Positions 37,794 to 41,211 of a DNA stretch of 41,211 nt are shown in pieces. Position numbers and translations under genes: made by a program. Numbering within the stretch: position 1 is the first letter of the stretch; every line of letters starts with the position of its first letter. The stretch is from Candidatus Micrarchaeota archaeon (GTDB lineage: Archaea > Micrarchaeota > Micrarchaeia > Anstonellales > Bilamarchaeaceae), in contig JAGVWJ010000013.1 in NCBI GenBank assembly GCA_018304385.1, positions 1 to 41,211 on the forward strand, read 5' to 3'. Under the pieces are notes generated by a model. It saw nothing but the letters and a program-made list of their open reading frames with translations, did not search any database and was not told the origin of the DNA.

Positions 37794-39437
37794 ATGAAAA
37801 AATTGATTTTAATAAGTTTTATTATACTCGCGCTGTTCGGATGTACCAAAACAGCAGAGAAATCGTTAATAGAAAATCAGATGGCATTAAACCAAACAAT
37901 TCAAGCAAATAATCTAAGTGTTGAAAATCTAATAACAGTAAGCGGTGATGAAAACATTGCAAAAATCGAGATAAAGGCTAGTAACCTGCAATTTCCATTA
38001 AAGAAATATGAAAAACAGTTCGTAAACGTAGGTCTGCATAGTGAAGCATTTCTTAAATTAGATAAAAGCCACATATCATTTTTAGATGATGGCGAGGCCA
38101 TTTGGCTGACACCGATGATAAAAAATAATAGTGGTGTTTTATTTAATGTGATTTATTCCAATGAGCTAAGTTGTGACGTAGAAGAAGCCAATATTCTAGG
38201 AAAAACATATTCGCTAGCCAATTTAAAAAATGGTTCGAGCTTTAGAGGAGACGACAAATGGAAGATAAAATTAGATTATTATAGTGGTTGCTTAAAACGA
38301 GTCATAATTTACATGGACGGATATTTCTATAATTTAAAAGATAATGAACAAATTAATCTATTTAGGAATGACAATACATTGGTTCTAAGTTTTGAATTAG
38401 ACAAAGAACCTAGAATTAAGATAACTGGGGTTAAGCCAGTAAAAGATATAAAGAAGGAAGAGACGAAAGGCCCTGCAAATGATATAATTCAAGATGAATA
38501 TGCTGGAAAAACTTACAATAAGAAGGAATTAGTTAACGAATCTGGCCTCTTCTTAGAGTTTGATCCAGTTATGCCAATATGTACCGATAAAAATTGTTCT
38601 AGAGAAGAATATCTAACAGAACGTCATCATGTAACTCTAGGTATTAACGGTAAAGACTTATTAATTACAAAGTTAGAGAAGAACAACGTGGTACTTGCTA
38701 AAGAAGAAAGCTTTGCATTTCTAAATAGATATAGTTGCGCTGTAGAACATGATAATACAATTAAGGTAGGAAATAAAACATTTGCAGTAGACGAGTTTTA
38801 TAATAGACATGAACCTAATGCTATCGCTGTTTTTTATAGCTTGGATAGCTCTACTAGAGTAGAGTTGGGTCCTGCGCAAACTAAAGAAATAGGCAGCGCT
38901 TACTTACATGTTTGGTATTTTGGATTTGATTATACATTCTGCGCAGATTGGGTAGGCGTGTCTTCCCTTTCAGAAATTATTAATTTAACAGATGAAAACA
39001 TTGTATTAACCTGGGAAAATGAAAACTCTTCTAATCCAGCATTAAAATCATTATATGTGCCACGCAATAGTGCGGCATTTGAAAAACTTTTTCAACCAAT
39101 TAAGTTCAAGCAAGACGAAATTGAAGGGTTTGATAACTGTGATTATTTTAGTCTTGGGGAGAACCTAACTCTAGATAATGGTTATTCTATTTATTTAAAG
39201 CATACATCTGAATGGAACCACAAAAAAGATATACAGCACAATAATCCAACAACATTAAAGCTTATCGATCCAACTGGTTTATCAAAAGAAATAAAATTTT
39301 ACCCAAAATATAGGGATCAATATATGATTATAAATGAAACAATCTACGCTGGTAAAGAGCTAATCTATATAAAGCAGGTTAATCCATCATATCTTTTTGC
39401 CGGAAAATGGGTTGAGATATGTTTAAAACAAAGTTGA
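37794..39437 (+). CDS. Large lipoprotein-like secreted protein, possibly S-layer related
   Basis: MKKLILISFIILALFGC lipoprotein-like start and beta-rich body. The family assignment is uncertain. Confidence 0.65.
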   Translation: MKKLILISFIILALFGCTKTAEKSLIENQMALNQTIQANNLSVENLITVSGDENIAKIEIKASNLQFPLKKYEKQFVNVGLHSEAFLKLDKSHISFLDDGEAIWLTPMIKNNSGVLFNVIYSNELSCDVEEANILGKTYSLANLKNGSSFRGDDKWKIKLDYYSGCLKRVIIYMDGYFYNLKDNEQINLFRNDNTLVLSFELDKEPRIKITGVKPVKDIKKEETKGPANDIIQDEYAGKTYNKKELVNESGLFLEFDPVMPICTDKNCSREEYLTERHHVTLGINGKDLLITKLEKNNVVLAKEESFAFLNRYSCAVEHDNTIKVGNKTFAVDEFYNRHEPNAIAVFYSLDSSTRVELGPAQTKEIGSAYLHVWYFGFDYTFCADWVGVSSLSEIINLTDENIVLTWENENSSNPALKSLYVPRNSAAFEKLFQPIKFKQDEIEGFDNCDYFSLGENLTLDNGYSIYLKHTSEWNHKKDIQHNNPTTLKLIDPTGLSKEIKFYPKYRDQYMIINETIYAGKELIYIKQVNPSYLFAGKWVEICLKQS

Positions 39438-39441
39438 TAAA

Positions 39442-39945
39442 ATGCGCCTCATATTATTTACAGTTCTCTTAACCTTCCTTTTCGGTTGCTCATTGCTGCA
39501 GCAAACGCAAGAGGAGAAAAAACAAGACGTTACGAATGTAAAAAATAGATCGCTAGACTTATGGAAAAAAAGTGAACCAAAGATAGAAAATAAAACACCT
39601 GTTGAAATACCTCCTCCACCAGTAATAGAAAATAAAACCGAGAACACATCCGTTCAAGGCTCACTGCCCAATGCTCAAAGCTACAAGCTGAATCTAGGTG
39701 AATCAATAGTCATAGATGGAAACGTATATACGTTCTGCGATTACGCTCATCGCGTAGCCACAACAACCAAGATATCATTTTGCCTAGGAAATAGTCCAGC
39801 ACTTGGTTTTCATGCATTAGTTAATCAAGAGGTGCCAGTTGGTAATTATACAGTATTAGTTACAAAGTTTGTTCCAAAGGATAATGTAATTGGATTGCCA
39901 GAGATTCCCTATTTGGAACTTACTTTATCACCAAAGGTTAATTAG
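39442..39945 (+). CDS. Lipoprotein-like secreted hypothetical protein
   Basis: MRLILFTVLLTFLFGC start and Pro-rich linker. Confidence 0.7.
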   Translation: MRLILFTVLLTFLFGCSLLQQTQEEKKQDVTNVKNRSLDLWKKSEPKIENKTPVEIPPPPVIENKTENTSVQGSLPNAQSYKLNLGESIVIDGNVYTFCDYAHRVATTTKISFCLGNSPALGFHALVNQEVPVGNYTVLVTKFVPKDNVIGLPEIPYLELTLSPKVN

Positions 39946-39977
39946 GGGGTTGCGCTAGGGGCGGAGCCCCTGGCACT
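39944..39977. repeat. GC-rich hairpin repeat family member forming the whole spacer between two convergent stops
   Basis: agggggttgcgctaggggcggagcccctggcact is the exact reverse complement of 33378-33411. Confidence 0.9.
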
Positions 39978-41131
39978 TATTCTTTCACCAAAAAATTAAG
40001 CGCAATAATTGCGATTACTGTTGTTGCAATTGGAAATGCGAAAACAGTAGTTGGTCCATAGCTCCATAATAAACTTGCAATGAGATTCGCTGGTAAGACA
40101 GCCAAGCTAATTATTCCTTGATATAAACCAGTAGCGCTCGCATACTGCTCCTTTGGAATTACTTTGCTTAGATAAACAGAAGGCGCTACCTTGTACATAG
40201 CAGTGAACAGTCCTAGTACTGCGAATAAAATAAATACTGATTGGAAACTTGCGAAGAATGCAAAGCCAATAGCAGCTAGCATGAAGATTATCCAGGAAAT
40301 AATAAGCGATTTTTTAGCACCAATTCTATCTGTTAAATGGCCTGCCGGAACAGAAAACATTGCGTAAAATATATTAAAGATCATGCCGAGCAAAGGAATA
40401 TACAAAATATTTACAAATTCTCCAGCACGCAATAAAAATAATGCAATAGTAAACTCTCCAATTGCGAATATTAATGATACAAATATAAAATTTTTATAGT
40501 TTTTTGCATTCAGAACACTCATTATTATTTTCTTCTCATCCTGCATTTTTGCGCTTTCTTCTTTTATAAAAAATAAAATTAAGACTGCGAGTACTGCAGG
40601 AATTAACGCAACAGTAAAGATAAACCTATATGTGTTTTCTACATTTATATTAAGCATAAATGCAAGGATTATCATGGCAATGAGTGGTCCAATTATAGCG
40701 CCAAAAGTATCAAACATCCTTCTAAATCCAAATGCTTTACCGAGGTTTTCTTTTTTCTCAGAAATCACTATCATTGCATCGCGTGGCGCATCGCGTATGC
40801 CCTTGCCAAAGCGCTCAAAGAATATTACTACTAAAACATGCATCCAACTTGTTGCAATAATTAAGAATGCTTTAATTGCCGCAGATAAAGAATATCCAAA
40901 TATTATTAGTTTTTTTCTCTTGCCTGTTTTATCTGCATAAACGCCAGCAAATATACCAACAAGCTTGCCAACAGATTCCCTTAGTGCATCTATCAATCCA
41001 ATAACAAAAATAGGTGCAGCTAGAACTGTGCTAAGAAAGAATGGTAATATCCAAATAATCATCTCGCTGCTTATATCTACGAAAAAACTGGCGAGACTGA
41101 AAATTTTTGTATTTTTACTTAAAGACTGCAT
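39977..41131 (-). CDS. MFS transporter
   Basis: About 12 TM helices, MFS motif A (GVYADKTGKRK; GHLTDRIGAKK), ERFGKGIRDAPRDA. Confidence 0.93.
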   Translation of the reverse strand: MQSLSKNTKIFSLASFFVDISSEMIIWILPFFLSTVLAAPIFVIGLIDALRESVGKLVGIFAGVYADKTGKRKKLIIFGYSLSAAIKAFLIIATSWMHVLVVIFFERFGKGIRDAPRDAMIVISEKKENLGKAFGFRRMFDTFGAIIGPLIAMIILAFMLNINVENTYRFIFTVALIPAVLAVLILFFIKEESAKMQDEKKIIMSVLNAKNYKNFIFVSLIFAIGEFTIALFLLRAGEFVNILYIPLLGMIFNIFYAMFSVPAGHLTDRIGAKKSLIISWIIFMLAAIGFAFFASFQSVFILFAVLGLFTAMYKVAPSVYLSKVIPKEQYASATGLYQGIISLAVLPANLIASLLWSYGPTTVFAFPIATTVIAIIALNFLVKE

Positions 41132-41179
41132 GAGAAAATTTATGCGAGTGCTTTTAAAAATTAGTGCAGTATTAAATTT

Positions 41180-41211
41180 ATGAAGATTTCAGAGGAAGCT
41201 AGGCAAAAACT
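41180..41211 (+). CDS. Possible start of a 3'-truncated CDS
   Basis: ATG 41180 (MKISEEARQK...) is open to the window end, divergent from the MFS gene. Confidence 0.3.
   Translation, partial: MKISEEARQK

Noticed and set aside
1-41211. CRISPR array, rRNA, integrase or transposase
   Set aside because: No regularly spaced repeat-spacer array, rRNA-like segment or recombinase motif was found. The repeats seen are dispersed or coding.

Overview
AT-rich archaeal chromosomal segment. TFE, Sec61-beta, a PAC2 chaperone, AlaX and a tRNA with BHB-type introns establish Archaea. The many short-linker surface proteins and orphan membrane genes suggest a DPANN lineage such as Micrarchaeota (inference, no search run). 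Housekeeping genes (M24 peptidase, HD hydrolase, purB, tfe, GT4, pdaD, alaX, rpiA, MFS) are mixed with secreted or membrane-anchored proteins and an AbiEi/AbiEii toxin-antitoxin pair. Four signals stand out, none shown by the ORF track. (1) A co-oriented 7-8 gene membrane cluster (19315-27474) is built around a VirB4/HerA-like ATPase. Three of its intergenic spacers are homologous, carry a covarying stem and end in ACATAGC(C)ATG. (2) A tRNA-Leu(UAA) is split by three introns, including a 155-nt T-loop intron packed with hairpins. (3) A dispersed GC-rich GGGGC-GGA-GCCCC hairpin repeat family sits between genes and in frame inside alaX, with related variants in the tRNA intron and at the 3' end of a second CDS. 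(4) Two tandem modular surface-protein paralogs are both broken at an identical 99-bp block. All alignments were done by eye.
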